Of a stretch of DNA of 64,000 nucleotides, positions 34,819-48,630 are shown in pieces. Made by a program: the position numbers and the translations under genes. Each line of letters begins with the position of its first letter. Positions within the stretch are counted from its first letter, which is position 1. The notes under the pieces are model-generated. The model was not told the DNA's origin and made no database searches. It saw only the letters and a program-made list of their open reading frames with translations. Origin of the DNA: Felis catus (lineage: Eukaryota); NCBI RefSeq assembly GCF_018350175.1, contig NC_058368.1:18106001-18170000 (forward strand), read 5' to 3'.

Positions 34819-36949
34819 TCCTCTTTCTAAGGATAAAATTCATAGGTCACTGTCTTTCATTGAGGACTTCATAGACCTTGCTGACTGTCCTTAAGCAGTG
34901 AATATAGTAACAAAATCATCTGAGAGCAGCATGAGTTTTTTCCCTCTACTATAGGTGACTGGATATTTTATTTCTGAAATCAATAATTTTACTAGGCTGT
35001 CTCAACATGGATTCTTCTACATCAGTTTTTCATGGGGCATATATCACCTTAATTTGTGGAATCAAATCTTCACTGAATTCTGGAAAGTTAAAAAAATTTT
35101 ATATCAATAAGCATTTTCCATTTCTATTAAGTTTTCCCTTCTTTAGGAACTTTAGTCCTTCTCTGAGCTCTCACATTTCTGCTCTGTGCTCTTGGTTTAG
35201 AGAAGTAGTTGCTTCTTGAAGATTTAAAAATTTCGCAGCAATGTATTTAGTTAAAATTCTCATTTGTTAAATGTAAGTGCTTTCTGTACATGTTAAATTT
35301 CTATTTAATCCCTTAACCCCTTTATGGTATATTTGAAGAAGATAAATTCTTTCTGGCCCAGCTATTTGTAGTAAGTTTATGTGAAAGAAAATCAGTGCCA
35401 TGTTTCAGGCTAGTACGAATTCTTAATATCTGGGGTTGGGTGTGTTTGTGAATGGGTTACTAAAATCTTATATCTCTCTATCAACTGAACTCAGAATCTG
35501 CTTCCTAGTCTCACTGACAGACTGTTTCTTGCAAAGTGGCTTGTCTCTGTGATTCCTCATTCCGTGTTACCTTCCAAGCTTCCCGAAGCTGCCAAGAGTA
35601 TCTATGCTTCTTGTTTCAAACAAGAGATGGTTGCTTTTGACCCTCTAAGGGACAAACCCCAGAGAACACTACTCTGTTGATTCTCTGACATCTGCAGCTA
35701 TGAGCATTTCTTCTTGGTATCTTTATCTTTACTGCTGTTGTCAACTTTTCTTCTGTACTATATTCAGGATTAGATATACTTCCTGGTTTGCCATCGATGG
35801 AGCTTGCATTTTTGTTTCTTCTCCTTGTTGTTTTACTCTGCTGTTTTTGTACAACTCCAATGGTATTTTAAATGATCTATTTTGAAAAGACCAGTGCATT
35901 AACAGTAATAATTTTAAAAATTCTTTCTTCATTTCTTAGATATCTCTGCAACAAAAAAATGGAGAAATTTTTGTTGTTGCTAAGTGGTTAAACTGACGAG
36001 TGCAGAGAGGCAGCTGGAATCATTAAAATTTTAGGTAAAACATCTTGAAGAATCAATTTTCATGGAGGAGTGGTAGGAAAAAAGAGACAAGAGATGGTCT
36101 TACCCCACAGCTGACAGTTAGTGAGTACACGCAGGTACAGATGAAACACATATTTACAGATCACATCGGATCTGATTGGGCAAATATTTGTTCTGATTGT
36201 TGAGTTTTGTACTCTACCATTTTGTTACACATTTTGAACATTAACCTTCTTTCTACCTAACACAAAGCAGAGATTTGTTAATTGTCTGAATACTTCAGTC
36301 AACATGAATAGCCAATTTGGAAGAGTTCTGAATTTTTCCACACTGACTAAATTAACCAGGTAATTGCCATATATCCGAAGTATTACCTGATGCTGACACT
36401 AACTTTTCTATTTATTCTTCTTGTTTCTTTTTGACTTTACAGACAAATTAACGCTGTGGTGGCTTCACTTCTTATCCAAATATTTTATTTATGAATAGGA
36501 CCCTCTGATTCATATTTTCTATATTAATGCCAAAGCAATGTTTATATACTAATAGTAAACTGGACTGTTTATGCAGTATAGCCAGCCTGGCTTGTCATCG
36601 TTTCAGGGGAGCCCTTTTCTCAAGACATGAAAGGTCTAGTGTTAGAGATCAATAAACCCTTTCAGAATCCATCAACAGTAGCCAAAAACCCTTTCTGTTC
36701 AGCCAAATCTACTAGGTTGGGTCCTTTTCTCCATCAAGGATTAAAGAAACAAACATGAAAACAAAAACATTCTATTGACTCACACTCCCACACTGTGTTA
36801 AGCGGATTTATGTAGGGGGCAGTAGAGTTGTAACTGCCTTCAAATTAATCTTATCTTCCTCCAATGTTTCCACCCTACCTTCCATCCTGCAATGCTTGCT
36901 TCATTCACACCTTATCTGGTGATATTCTGCAGTGCAATTAATGCTGCTA

Positions 36950-37175
36950 TAATAATTTAATGAACTTTTACCAGGTGCCAGGAGTTGTGTTTTCCATGCC
37001 TTACTTCATTTAATCCTCGGAACAACTCTATCACAATGGGACCGTTATTAACCCAATTTACAGAAGTTTAATTTCCAGTGTAAGGAAATTGAAGATGAGA
37101 GAGGATAAGCACATTATGCAAGATCATATAGCTAGTTACCAGTGCGAAGAGTCTAACCTGGCCCATCTGCTACTA
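36950..37175 (-). mobile_element. MIR
   Basis: GTGCCAGG...TCATTTAATCCTCGGAACAACTCTAT...AAGGAAATTGAAGATGAGAGAGG...CAAGATCATATAGCTAGT. Confidence 0.75.
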
Positions 37176-37249
37176 CCAAGCAAAAGTGACCTTCTGTGCA
37201 CACTTCTTCTACTTTGGGCTTCTGTTATTTATATCCTGCCTTCTTAACC

Positions 37250-37388
37250 CAATGGTTTTCAATCGTAGCTGCACATTAGAAACATCCATTGAGCTTTGAA
37301 AACAATATTAACTTCCAGAGATACTAAATTGATTTGGATGGGGCTCAAACTGGTATTTTTTAAAAACTCTAAGAGTTGACAACCAAAG
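37250..37388. mobile_element. MER5-family hAT-Charlie fragment
   Basis: CAATGGTTTTCAATCGTAGCTGCACATTAGAA...GGTATTTTTTAAAAACTC...GTTGACAACCA. Confidence 0.65.
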
Positions 37389-37559
37389 CCTTAATCATAC
37401 ATTTTTAATGAAAGGGTCTGGGCATCTAACATGCACATGTAGCCTAACATATATATATTAGGATCCTAATAAGTGCATCTTTAAGTGAATTAGAAGATTA
37501 TAGGTCGTTATTTGATTTATTTAGTAGAGTTTATGTAACAAGAAAAAAAGAATACACAC

Positions 37560-38504
37560 ACAGATCCAGACAGGATGCATGCTTAGAAAAGGCCTGAAGG
37601 ACTGAAGCTATCGCCCTATACTGATATCAAGGCTCAGGGGCTGCAAATCAGTAAAGGTCTCCCATGACAAAGTCTGCAAAGACTGGGAAAGGTAGCTGGT
37701 TTTGCAAATGTCTAATTTTCAACAGAAGCTCACAGGCATGCTAAGAAACAGGGAGACATGACCCATTCAAAAGGACACAATTTCCAAAAGCAGTTTTTTA
37801 AGAAGTTCATGGTTCAGACTTAACAGCTATCTTAAGTATGTTCAAGGAACTGAAGGAAATTAGGAAAACAATTGGAAAATTCACTAGGCTGGTACAAAGA
37901 CAAACAGGCATAAGTATGAGTCATCAAATATGAAGAAGACAAGTCATTTGAAATAATCAAATCTCAGGAGTAAGGGGAAAAAGAATGAAGAAAAGTGAAC
38001 AGAGCCCAAGGGACTTACAGAATACCATCAAAAAGGTGAATATATACATATAGGAACCACAGAAGGAGAGAGAGAGAGAGAATGAAAGAGAAAGGGACAA
38101 AGAGATTATTTTAAAAATCAGTGGCTGAAAACTTCTCAAGTTAGAGAAAAGACATAGATATACTAATCCAAGAATCTCAGTGGAATTCATGGAGGATAAA
38201 CCCAAAGAGACCCAAATGGAGACATAATCAAACTGTCAAAAGCCAGAGACAGAGAGTGTTGAAAGCAGTAAGAGAAAAATGACTCATCATGTAGACCAAT
38301 TAGACCTAATAGAAATGTACAGAACACTCCACCCAATGACAACAGAATGCGCGTATTTTTTTTCAATTGCACAAAGATTATTTTCCAGGATAGATAATAT
38401 TGTGGACTACAAAATAACTCTTAAGAAATGTAAAAGATTGAAATCATACCAAGTATCTTTTCTTTCTTTTTTTTTATTTCGGGGGGGGGGGGGCGGGGAA
38501 GAAG

Positions 38505-38546
<42 letters not shown>

Positions 38547-41372
38547 CCCAGGCAGGCTCCAATCTCAGCACAGAGCGCCACATGAGGCTCAATCACATAA
38601 CCCTGGGATCGTGACCTGAGCCAAAATCACAAGTCAGACGCTCAATGGACTGAGCCACCCAGGTGCCGTATCTTTTCTGATCCTGATAGAATGAAACTAG
38701 AAATCAACAGCAGAAGAAAAACTAAAAAATTCATCAACATACGGAAATCAAACAACACACCTTTAAACAATAAATGGGTCAAAGAAGAAATTACAAAGGG
38801 GATAAGAAAATATCTTGAGACAAATAAAAATGCAAAAAAGGATACCAAAAGTTATGGGCTTCAGCAAAAGCAACTCTAAAGGGAAAATCTGTAGCTGTAA
38901 ATACATTAAAGAAGAAGAAAGTCTCAAGTCAGGAACCTAACTTTATACCTTAAGGAACTAGAAAAAGAAGAGTAAACTAATTCCAAAGCTCGTAGAAAGA
39001 AGGAAGTCGTAGAAATTAAAGCAGAGACAAATAAAACAGAGAGTAGGAAAACAGAAGAGAAAAATCAATGAAACCAAGAGTTAGTTCTTGAAAAGATTGA
39101 CAAAAATGGCAGTCTTTTTGCTAGACTGCCTAAGAAAAAAAATAGAGAAGGCTTAAATAATTAAAGTCAGAAATGAAAGGGGATATTACTATAGAGTTTA
39201 GAAAAGTAAAAAGAATTACAAATATTATGAACAACTGTATGCCAACAAATTGAATAACCTTTATGAAATTGAAAATTCCTAGAAAAATACAACCTACCAA
39301 GACTGAATTGTGAAGAAACAGAAATTTTGAGTAGACCTAAACCGGTAAGTAGATTGAATCGGTAATCAAAAACCTCACCTACATGAAAACCCCAGGACCA
39401 GATGGCTTCACTAATGAGTTCTACCAAATATTTCAAGAATTAACACCAGTCCTTCACAAACTCTTTCAAATAATTGGAGAGGAGGGAACGATTCCTAATT
39501 CATTTTCTGACGCCATCATTATCTTGATATCAAAGCAAGATAAAGATGTCGTAAAGAAAGAGTCCACAAAAAGTTGTTAGAACTAATAAACAAATTTATC
39601 AAAGTTTCCAGATGCAAAATGAAAATGCGATAATCAGTTGCATTTGTATACACTAACAATGAATAATCTGAGTAAGAAATTTAAGAAATACAATTCCATT
39701 TAAAATAGCATCAAAAAGAATAAATTACTTGAGAATAAACTTAGTCAAAAGAGGCAAAAGACTTGTACACTGAAAACTACAAAACATTGCTGAAAGAAAT
39801 TAGAGACATCACTAAATGGAAAGGCATCCTGTGTTCATGGATTGGAAGGCAATATTGTTAAGATATTATTACGACCCCAAGCAATCTCCAATCCCTACCA
39901 AAATCCCTAGGATGCTTTTTGCAAATATAGAAAAACCTATTCTAGAATTCATATGAAATCTCAAGGGACCCCCAAATAGTCAAACAATCTTGAAAAAGAA
40001 CAAAGTTGGAGGTGTCACACTTCCTGATTTCAAAATTTACTACAATGCTACAGCAATTAAAAATAGCATAAAACTGTCATAATGATAGACAAATGGACCG
40101 ATGGAATAGAATAGAGAGCCCAGAAGTAAATCCTGACATGTAGGGTCCAATGATTTTCAACAAGGATGAAAAAGTCATTCAATAGCGAAAAGACAGTCTT
40201 TTCAACAAGTGGTGTTGGGAAAACTGTATACCTACACACAAATGAATGAAGTTAGACACTTACTTTATACCATACATAAAAATTAACTGCAAATGGGTTT
40301 AAATACAAGACCTAAAAGCATAAAACTCATAGAAAACGTGGAAGAAAAGCTTTGTGTCTTTGGATTTGGCAAGGATTTCTTGGATATCATGCCAAAAACC
40401 GGACAGCAAAATAAAAAAATAAGTTGGACTTCTTAGAATTAAAATTTTGTGCATCAGAAGACACCAGGGAACCCACAGAATGGGAGAAAATGTTTGCAAA
40501 TCATGTCTGATAAATGATTGTTATCCAGGATACATAAAAATTTTCACAACTCAACAACAAAACAATTGAAAACCGCACCTCGGGCTTAAATGGATATCAC
40601 CCCAAAGAAGACATGGAAATGGCCAATAAGCACACAAAAACATAGTCAACATCACTAATTATTAGGTAAATGCAAATCAAAATCGCAATGAAATACAACT
40701 TCATATCCATTAGATTGGCCATTCCTCAGAAAACAGAAGGTAAGTGCTGGTAAACTTGTTGAGCAAGTGGAACCCTTGTGCATTGCTGGTGGAAGGGGAT
40801 AAGGTGGATCTGTTGGGAAAATTATGGTGATTCTTTGAAAAACTAAACATAGAATTACCATGTGGTCCGATAATTCCACCTAGTATATATGCAAAAGAAA
40901 GAAAATCTGTACAATCAGGTAATTATGTACAATAGCCAAAGGGGAAGCCACCCAGAGATCAACGAAATGTGATCTCCACATACGACAAAATATTATTCAG
41001 CCTTAAAGAGGAAAAAAAAATTCTAACACATGCTACGACATGGAAGAATCTTGAAGACATTACGCCTAGTGAAAGAAGCCAGTCACAGAAGGACAAATAC
41101 GAGATTCCACTTATAGGTTGGCCCTGGAGCAGTCGACCCCAGAGAGACAGAAACTACTTTGCTGGTTACCTTGGGTTGAAGGGAGGGCGAATGGGAAGTT
41201 ACTGTTTCATGGGTAATGAGTTTCAGTTGGAGAAGCTGAAAAGTTACAGAGATGGATGGTGACTGATGGTTGCCCCAGAATGTGAATGTACTCAGCGCCA
41301 CAGAAATGTACGCTTGGAAACGGCCAAAATGTCACATTTTAACGTTATGTGTATTTTACCATAAAAAATAAA
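37560..41372 (+). mobile_element. LINE-1 (L1MB-like), non-functional, with internal deletions and an intact 3' end
   Basis: ORF1 remnant, endonuclease-region remnant (QLDLIEMYRTLHP) and ORF2 segment KTPGPDGFTNEFYQIF. The RT core is missing at ~39560. L1MB-type 3' UTR ends ...TATGTGTATTTTACCATAAAAAATAAAA. Confidence 0.92.
38464..38667 (-). mobile_element. Can-SINE (SINEC_Fc2-like) inserted in L1 ORF2
   Basis: Exact 11-bp TSD GTATCTTTTCT (38453-38463 and 38668-38678); (GA)n tract. Confidence 0.94.
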
Positions 41373-43026
41373 ATTGCCCCCAGAAAGAGTCAAATCTAAA
41401 AAAAGAAAATATTCACTAAGTTAGATGACCCATCAGCTTTTCTTTTTTTTTTTTTTTTTCCTGGAAACCTCACTCCTGGTGGCCTCTGCCTTCTCTAATG
41501 TGGATTCATTGATCCCCAGGGACCCAGTGGTCATCCAAGGATTTCCCTTCCCAGCTCTATTGTTGGAGCCACTGCTTCCCTAATCTATGTCTTGATTTAT
41601 TCCCTTGTTTTGGTGGACGCTATTCTCTGTGAAAGGATGCATGGGTATTAAATCTTCTGAGTCCTTACGTGTTCTGGGCTGTCTTTATTTTGCGCTTTGC
41701 TGAATTGCAATTCAGTTTTCCTCCGCATACTCACGGCGTTTTCCATCTACTTCTCGCATCCAAGTTAGTGCTTTGTCGCTGCTCCACGGCACCTTTGTTA
41801 TTACACTTCAGTCGCTATTGTTGATCCCTATTTTTTAGGTTTTATCAAATCTGATTTCCAACCTAAAGATGGTCTCCCTCTACATGTTTTTGTAAAATCA
41901 ACAAGATGATTGGTAAATATCATTCACCGATGTTTGCCTACTGGTTTCCTTGCTGTGCTCAGGAAATTGTTGCAACTCCAGAGCTATAACCTGACTGTAT
42001 AAAAGGGGTGTAGGAAATCGTCCATAGTCCTAAGTCCCTCCTGATATTTTGTTTCATTTCCAAATAGCTTTAGGGTTGGGTTAGCTATTTATTTTCTCTA
42101 AAAATATAAAAGTACGTCCCCCGAAAAACAAAATGTCAACTAAATAAAAACCCCTATTTGAAAACTTAAATCATTAGCTATCGTGTGTTACCTTCATATT
42201 TTCATTTTAGACTGTATTATTAGCCAAAAACCAGTCATCGCAGAGACTGGCTCTTCCTGCTTGATACAGCGTGACACTGTGAGTTAAGAAAACATATTTT
42301 AAATCTCGTTTCACTTTTTTGTTTTGTTTTGTTTACTTTGTGCCTTTGTATGTGTTCCCATCTAAGTGTTTTCAATTTTTAAATAAATATTTAAGACTCA
42401 GATCTATATTTGGATGCATGCATAATCAACATCACCTTCAGTTAAACCTTCTGCATTTTGCCACAAATGGGAGAAATTGACCTTGATATTTTCCAGGAGG
42501 ACAAATTCATAAATATGAGAACCGAAAAGAAAATCCTGCGCCAAGATAGCAAATGACTCATTGCAGCTTCTGTAGTGAAATGAAGACAGTTCGCAAGGCC
42601 GGCACATTTATGAAAAGTACAATAAATTATATAATACCACAAATAAGCACAGATAATAGGAGCCTGTGCCTTTTCCTTGATGCTGGAAATTTTTGTGTAT
42701 CTAAGCCTTCATGTGCTTTACCTTCAGTGGGTTTTGTTCACAAAAACCAAATATTCTAGAGAGACCCCCAGGGTGAATCTGTCACTTAAAATCCTACTTT
42801 TGCTTTGCTACAGATGCTTTGTGTGGGAAGGAATAAAACCATCCTTCGTTTTTGTTTTGTGTTTTTCCTGTAAAGAGAGAGAGAAAACATTGATGAAGGA
42901 AATTTATAAATAACACCTTTAAAAATGGCCACCGTGTGACCTTCTTGACTCAGTTAACCTTTCTAACAGAGTAGCTGGCCTTTAGACCAGTAGGTTGGTT
43001 GGACTTTTGCCATGCCTTAATTCTTT

Positions 43027-43224
43027 TTTTTTTTTTTGAGAGAGAGAGAGAGACAGAGAGACAGAGCATGAGTTGAGGGGGTAGGGGCAGACAGAATCGG
43101 AAGCAGGCTCCAGGCTCTGAGCTGTCAGCACAGAGCCCAATGTGGGGCTTGAACTCATGAACCGGGAGATCGTGACCTGAGCCGAAGTCAGACGCTTAAC
43201 TAGACTGAGCCACCCAGATGCCCC
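43027..43224 (-). mobile_element. SINEC_Fc
   Basis: Exact 16-bp TSD CATGCCTTAATTCTTT at 43011 and 43225. Confidence 0.95.
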
Positions 43225-44572
43225 CATGCCTTAATTCTTTCTAACTCATCCTTTGACAAGGGTAGAAAGGATACATGGTTAAGCAAAAGAAGAAGGAGGA
43301 AGTGAAAGAAAGAATTAGATAGCATGTAAATAGAGACCTGAGGTGTGGTGGCTACACATCCGGGACTTTCCCCAGGAGGGTGTACAGCTGCACCCGGCCT
43401 TCTCAGAGACCAGCCAACTCTGTGTGCTCAGCTCTTCCCCCCATCTTCCCTGCAGCCACCCTGGCAGATCCAGTGTGTTTCCACCCAAGCAGACCTGCCT
43501 CTACCACTCGCTCGTCCCCAGATTTCCACACGCTCCTGCTCCCCCCTCCTGAAGACTTAGTGGAGGGCGGGCCCAATGCCTTTGCTGCCCTGGTATCTCC
43601 TCCCCAAGACAGGTGCTTTTAAAACAGGCTTAGTGCAGGAAGGGAGGGTATGCGTGGTAAGTATGGTACCAGGGCTGGTGTCCACTGTCCCGTCCTAGCC
43701 TTCCAAACAACTGTCTGAGGCGGGCAGTATTATGGGTCGAGGAGGTTGGAGAATTCCGTCCAGGTCACTTTAATGCCCCTGTCCCCCCCACCCCCACCCC
43801 CCACCACCCCGGCCCAAGTGACAGGGTCTTACAGCGTTCCAAGGCCAGTGGTTTCTGGCTCCCGACAGGAAGCCTGCTGAGCGTTCCATTGCCTCTGCTT
43901 CCTACCCAGCACCTCCTGCCACCCAGAGGAAGGATGTCTTGTGCCTTTTGTTCTTGGAGAAGTTGCAGACGATAACCTCTGGGGAGCCCCCGCAGGACTT
44001 GCCGCTCTCCGTCTGTGACAGAAGAGAGCATTTCCGTCCACCAGACTCTAGGTATGTGTCTTGCCCCTGATGCTCCCACCTCTCATCGTCCCACCCCCAG
44101 TGGCCGATGACTTTGGGGCTTGTAAGGTGGTTGGATAAGAGTTCCAAAAAAATCAGGATTGGAATCCTCTCTCCATTAAAACGGAAATGGCGATTTGGTG
44201 AAATGAAGATCAACCAGCAAAACACACTAATGATGGCTTTGAGACCCCAGTAGGCATGCATTTCTATTCTTCGAGAAATCTCAGGTTGCTGAATGTAGCC
44301 TGGTGGACGTTTGTATGACAGAACTGATTATGCAGGCATGAGTCACAGCGTGAAACCAGTCCGTGTGTCTGTCCATTCCCCGCTTACCCCACCCCTAGCC
44401 ACCAGAGGAATTTTGCTATGAAAGTTTTGCGTTCATGTACCAAAACGGCCTCCACAAGGGAGAGAGGCGATTCCCCACTCCGGCACTGATCTTCTGTGTG
44501 GCTTCCCTTAACGATCCCAGAGAACATGGCTCTGATGTGCCAGCTGTACCTGGGCAGAAGCAGAAAAGAAAG

Positions 44573-44905
44573 TGTCTTAGTCTGTTCTGGCGAAGATAAC
44601 AGGAGTACCACAGACTGGGTGGCTAAACAACAGAGATTTGTTTTCACCGTTCTAGATGCTAGAAGTCCAAGATGAAGGTGTGGGCAGACTCAGTTCCTGG
44701 GGAGAGCTCTCTTCCTTGTTATGCCCTAACATGGCAGAGAGGGAGAGGGGAAACTGTCTTGTGTCTCTTTTTATAAGCACATTAATCCCATTATGGGATT
44801 CCATCCTCATGACCTAATTACCTCCCCAGAGTCCCACCTCCACATCCTATCACAATGGGGACTAGGATTTCAACCCGGATAAAACACCAACATTCAGCCA
44901 TCGCA
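44573..44905 (-). mobile_element. MaLR solo LTR (MLT1A-like)
   Basis: TGTCTTAGTCTGTT...TACCACAGACTGGGTGGCT...AAGTCCAAGAT...CTCATGACCTAATTACCTCCC...AACATTCAGCCATCGCA. Confidence 0.88.
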
Positions 44906-45269
44906 GGTGGGGTGCACTGAAAGAGGCTCCTGAGGGCGAGGCTGTGATGGATGGTGGCAGTCACAGCAGTGGCCCTCGGAGACTCAGTGGGAAACAGCTC
45001 AACAGTGGCGATCAGAGGCGAGGATGAGAAGCTTCAGCAATGCAGCTTTAGGGAATTGAGGCACGGGCAACAGGTGGTCCTAAAGAAGGCTTGGATGGGA
45101 CAGGAGACACAACTGTCGTTCATCCTACAGAGGAGCCCAAATGAACATTGGTGAGAACAGATGTTGGGGATTCCCCATCGATAAGTAAAGGACCGTGGAG
45201 GTCCTGCAATCACAGGTGTCAAAATGAACCAGCAAAATAAAGATCATCTATGTTGATAGGACTCCATTT

Positions 45270-45519
45270 GATTTATGTATTTATTTGCATATTTATTTAT
45301 TTAGTTTTACATTTTTCATGTCTATTTATTTTTAAGAGAGAGAGAGAGAGCGCCAGTGCAGAAGGGCAGAGAGAGCCAGGGAGAGAAAGAATCCCAAGCA
45401 GGCTCCACGCTGTCAGCGCAGAGTCTGACACGGGGCTCGATCTCGCAAGCCCTGAGATCATGACCTGAGCTGAAATCAAGAGTTGGGACGCGTAACCAAC
45501 TGAGCCACCCAGGTGACCC
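45270..45519 (-). mobile_element. Can-SINE (SINEC_Fc2-like) with extended AT-rich tail
   Basis: AGAATCCCAAGCAGGCTCCACGCTGTCAGC...AAATCAAGAGTTGG...TGAGCCACCCAGG. Confidence 0.92.
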
Positions 45520-46004
45520 AAGAAATGCCAATATTCTTGATCTTCAACATCACTTAAATGGGAGACTAATTGTTCGTTGTACTTGTGTGAATCAATCAAT
45601 GTTTGTGGTAGAAAGTGTCCCATTAATCTTCTGGGGGTTTGCTCTCAATATGAGTACCTGAGTTGGTGGCTTGAACCCCAACTTAGAAATGGTGATATTT
45701 ATCCTTCTGGACATGCGAGTGCTTTGCCACTAGCATACACTAGCTCAGGTCACCAAAAACTGTGATGTAGCCAATTGTGCATTTACTGTCACCTTGATGT
45801 CTGCTTTCTGTCTCTCCCAGGTCCTTGGCAGGCACACTTATTCCACGGCTGTCTTTCCAGCCCCACATCTTGGTGTCTCAGCCCCTCCATGTGTCATTGG
45901 CATCTCTTCATTGGTCCCACCTCAGCTGTTTTGTGTGGATCCCTCATTATGCACCCAAAACCTTCTGCTCATATAATGTTACTTTTGAAAACTGTACTTT
46001 TCCA

Positions 46005-46217
46005 GGATGCCTGGGTGGCTCAGTCAGTTAGGCTCAGGTCATTATCTCACGGTTCTTGGGTTCAAGCCCTGCGTTGGGCTCTGTGCTGACAGCTCGGAGC
46101 CTGGAGCACCTGCTTCGGATTCTGTATCTCCCTCTCTCTCTGCGCCTCCCCTGCTCATGCTCTGCCTCTTTCTGTCTCTCAAAATTGAATAAACATTAAA
46201 ACATTTTTTTAAAAAAA
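46005..46217 (+). mobile_element. SINEC_Fc
   Basis: GGATGCCTGGGTGGCTCAG head and GACAGCTCGGAGCCTGGAGC. Degenerate TSD ending ACTTTTCCA. Confidence 0.93.
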
Positions 46218-46619
46218 CATGGACTTTTCCAAAAGGTTCTTGGATTAACTCTTAGGTCAAGTCTTTCTCCTTGGGTCCTTCTCAGATTGTCACAATTCAT
46301 TTCCATCTGGTTATCCTCAGATTGGCATTGCTCGTTATCCATAGGTTATCCAGTGCAGCATCCTTCCTTAGGGCCCCCCTTAGCTTTTGCTCATACTAAC
46401 TTTTCACTTAGAGTCTGCTCCTAACATAGACCTATTTGAGAAAGGGTAAGTTCAGTGTTGTTTCCTCAAGGGACAAGCTCCAGGGGCTGTAAACACCCTA
46501 TAGGATCTGTGGGCTGAACTTGTTCTCCTACCGTACAAGGTAAGTGGGGTTCAAGTTGCAAATGTACTTCATTCATCTCCAGTTGATTTATGTGCCTAGT
46601 ATCATAGTGGGTTAGACAT

Positions 46620-46845
46620 GGAGGGCCTGGGTGACACAGTTGGTTAAGTATCTAACTCTTGATCTCCACTCAGGTCACGATCTCACAGTTTGTGAGTTCA
46701 AGCTCCGCATCAGGCTCTGTGCTGATAGCGGGGAGCCTGCTTGGGATTCTGTCTTTCCTTCTCTCTGCCCCTCCCTGCTTGTTCTCTCTGTCTCTCTCTC
46801 TCTCTAATAAGTAAAAAACTTAAAAACAAAAACAAAAACAAAAAC
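46620..46845 (+). mobile_element. Can-SINE (SINEC_Fc2-like)
   Basis: Head, ACTCTTGATCTCC segment, CT tract and (CAAAAA)n tail. Flanking AGACATG repeat. Confidence 0.92.
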
Positions 46846-47149
46846 CAGACATGTTCCCCAATGTCAAAGACTTAGTAGTTGGGTCCGTCCAAGAAAACCT
46901 AGGCGTGGATGAGAACTCACAATGATATGTTACCAGAGCTGACCCTTCTTCCCTTGTCCGTTTGAGGCTGGCATTTCTTTAACACTTTAAATATAGTGGA
47001 GCCTCTGTAATATTCTCTCCTTTTGGTTCTTTTCTCCTGTCTCTTTACCTTCTTCCCCCGAATGCCAGATAGAAACATTAATCTTTCATAGTTAGTGGAT
47101 AATTTCGTACTCGTTTTTGGAACTCTCTTATTTTGCCTCCAAAGCTTAC

Positions 47150-47320
47150 TCTCTGGTTACATAATCTTGTACCTCCGTTTCTTTATATATAAAATAAGAA
47201 TAATAATAAGCGCTTCCTTATAAATATTTTTGTGAACATTAAATGGAAAAAAAAAAATCAATGTGAAGAACTCAGCCCAGTGCTTGAAACTTGTTAAATA
47301 GTCAATAAATCATAGCTATG
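47150..47320 (+). mobile_element. MIR 3' half
   Basis: CCTCCGTTTCTTTATATATAAAATAAG...GTGAAGAACTCAGCCCAGTGCTTG...GTCAATAAAT. Confidence 0.7.
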
Positions 47321-47722
47321 GTTTGCGTATCAGAATTCTTATTACCTGCCATCACCGCCCCTTTATTTGGCCATCGAGGAGATAAGGGCCATTTGTTCTC
47401 ATTTCCAGAGTTCGGAGCAGCGTGCGTCATTCGTCAAGTATATAACCTGAAGCAGCTGCTGAGGTGGTGGCACCATCGGTGTGGGTCACTTCCTTTCTAA
47501 CTGATGACTGCCTGACTCAGACTCATGAGGGAAGGGAGGACAGAGCAGCCATTTCCATGGACCCCACGCTCCCGGAAGCTGACCACAGTTTTAGTGATGG
47601 CTCCAAGGGGCCAGTCTTCATCACAGGTATGTCTCGTGAGGATGCCACGGCCAGAAGAATTTTATTTTAACAACTTTCATATTACATATGAAACTAAATG
47701 TGCATTGCTCTTTGGCATTTTC

Positions 47723-47932
47723 TTATTTTTTTTTAACTGTTTATTTTATTTTGAGAGAGCGAGCCCGTGCAAGTGGGTAGGGGCAGAGGGAGAGAGAGAG
47801 AGAATCCCAAGCAGGCTCTGCACCGTCAGAGCCCAGAGACCAATGCCGGGCTCGACCTCATGAACCGTGAGATCGTGTCCTGAGCCAAAATCAAGAGTCA
47901 GCCACTTAAGCGACTGAACCACCCCGGTGCCC
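47723..47932 (-). mobile_element. Can-SINE (SINEC_Fc2-like)
   Basis: Exact 16-bp TSD GCTCTTTGGCATTTTC at 47707 and 47934; followed by MIR core TTTTACAGATGAGG. Confidence 0.94.
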
Positions 47933-48522
47933 AGCTCTTTGGCATTTTCAAAGAAACTGAACAGATCATTACTTACCATATTTTACAGATGAGGCAAGTG
48001 AGACTCCAAGAAGTGGTTTACTCCCCCCGGAATTAAAGCTGAAGTAAAATACAGATGTTTTGAAATCTATACGAGAAAACTCTACCTGTGATACTGTGAC
48101 CTTTCCCTTAAAATTAGGTCCCACTGGACATCACTCCCTTCTCACAGCTATTTCTTTCCCCCTTATGTATTTTCTCTTTTCCTTTTGGGCAGAGTCATCT
48201 TTTTATTATAGACATTGAATAAGGAAGACGTAGCAATAACTTGAGAATTGACTACTTACACTATCTCCTTTTGGTTCTGGGAAGACAAAAAAAATATTAT
48301 TTAACGAACAAATTTTTAGTATGAAAATATGTCATGTGCATTGAAAAGAGACTTGCCCCTTTTCAGATGTATGGTGAACAAAGCCTGGAGTGGATTGTTC
48401 AGCTTCTGACAACCCCCAGACCACTTATTAGGTACTCATTTTTATAATGCTCACTACTCTGGTTTTTGCTGATATTGTTGATGACAAGGACATGGATATC
48501 AGTTAATAACTGAAAAGTTTCA

Positions 48523-48630
48523 ATATATGTATATATATATATATGTATATATATATACATGTGTTAAAGGTGTATATACACATGTGTCTGTATATATTCA
48601 CGTACATATAAACATGCATTTATATATAAG
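48523..48630. repeat. (TA)n/(TATG)n low-complexity repeat
   Basis: Directly visible. Confidence 0.85.

Larger units (their letters stand above)
30550..35330 (-). mobile_element. Cluster of degraded antisense L1 fragments (ORF2 and 3' ends, probably several nested copies)
   Basis: Very AT-rich. L1 3'-end phrases at 32715-33500 (ATCTTAAGTGTACA, GTTTTGCCTATTTTAGAACTT) and ORF2 phrases at 33580-34430 (ATGGTGAGAGTGGAGATCCTTGCCTTGTTC). Confidence 0.78.

Noticed and set aside
39383..39580. ORF MKTPGPDGFTNEFYQIFQEL as an active reverse transcriptase
   Set aside because: Fragment of a dead L1 ORF2; the RT core is deleted and surrounding frames are broken.
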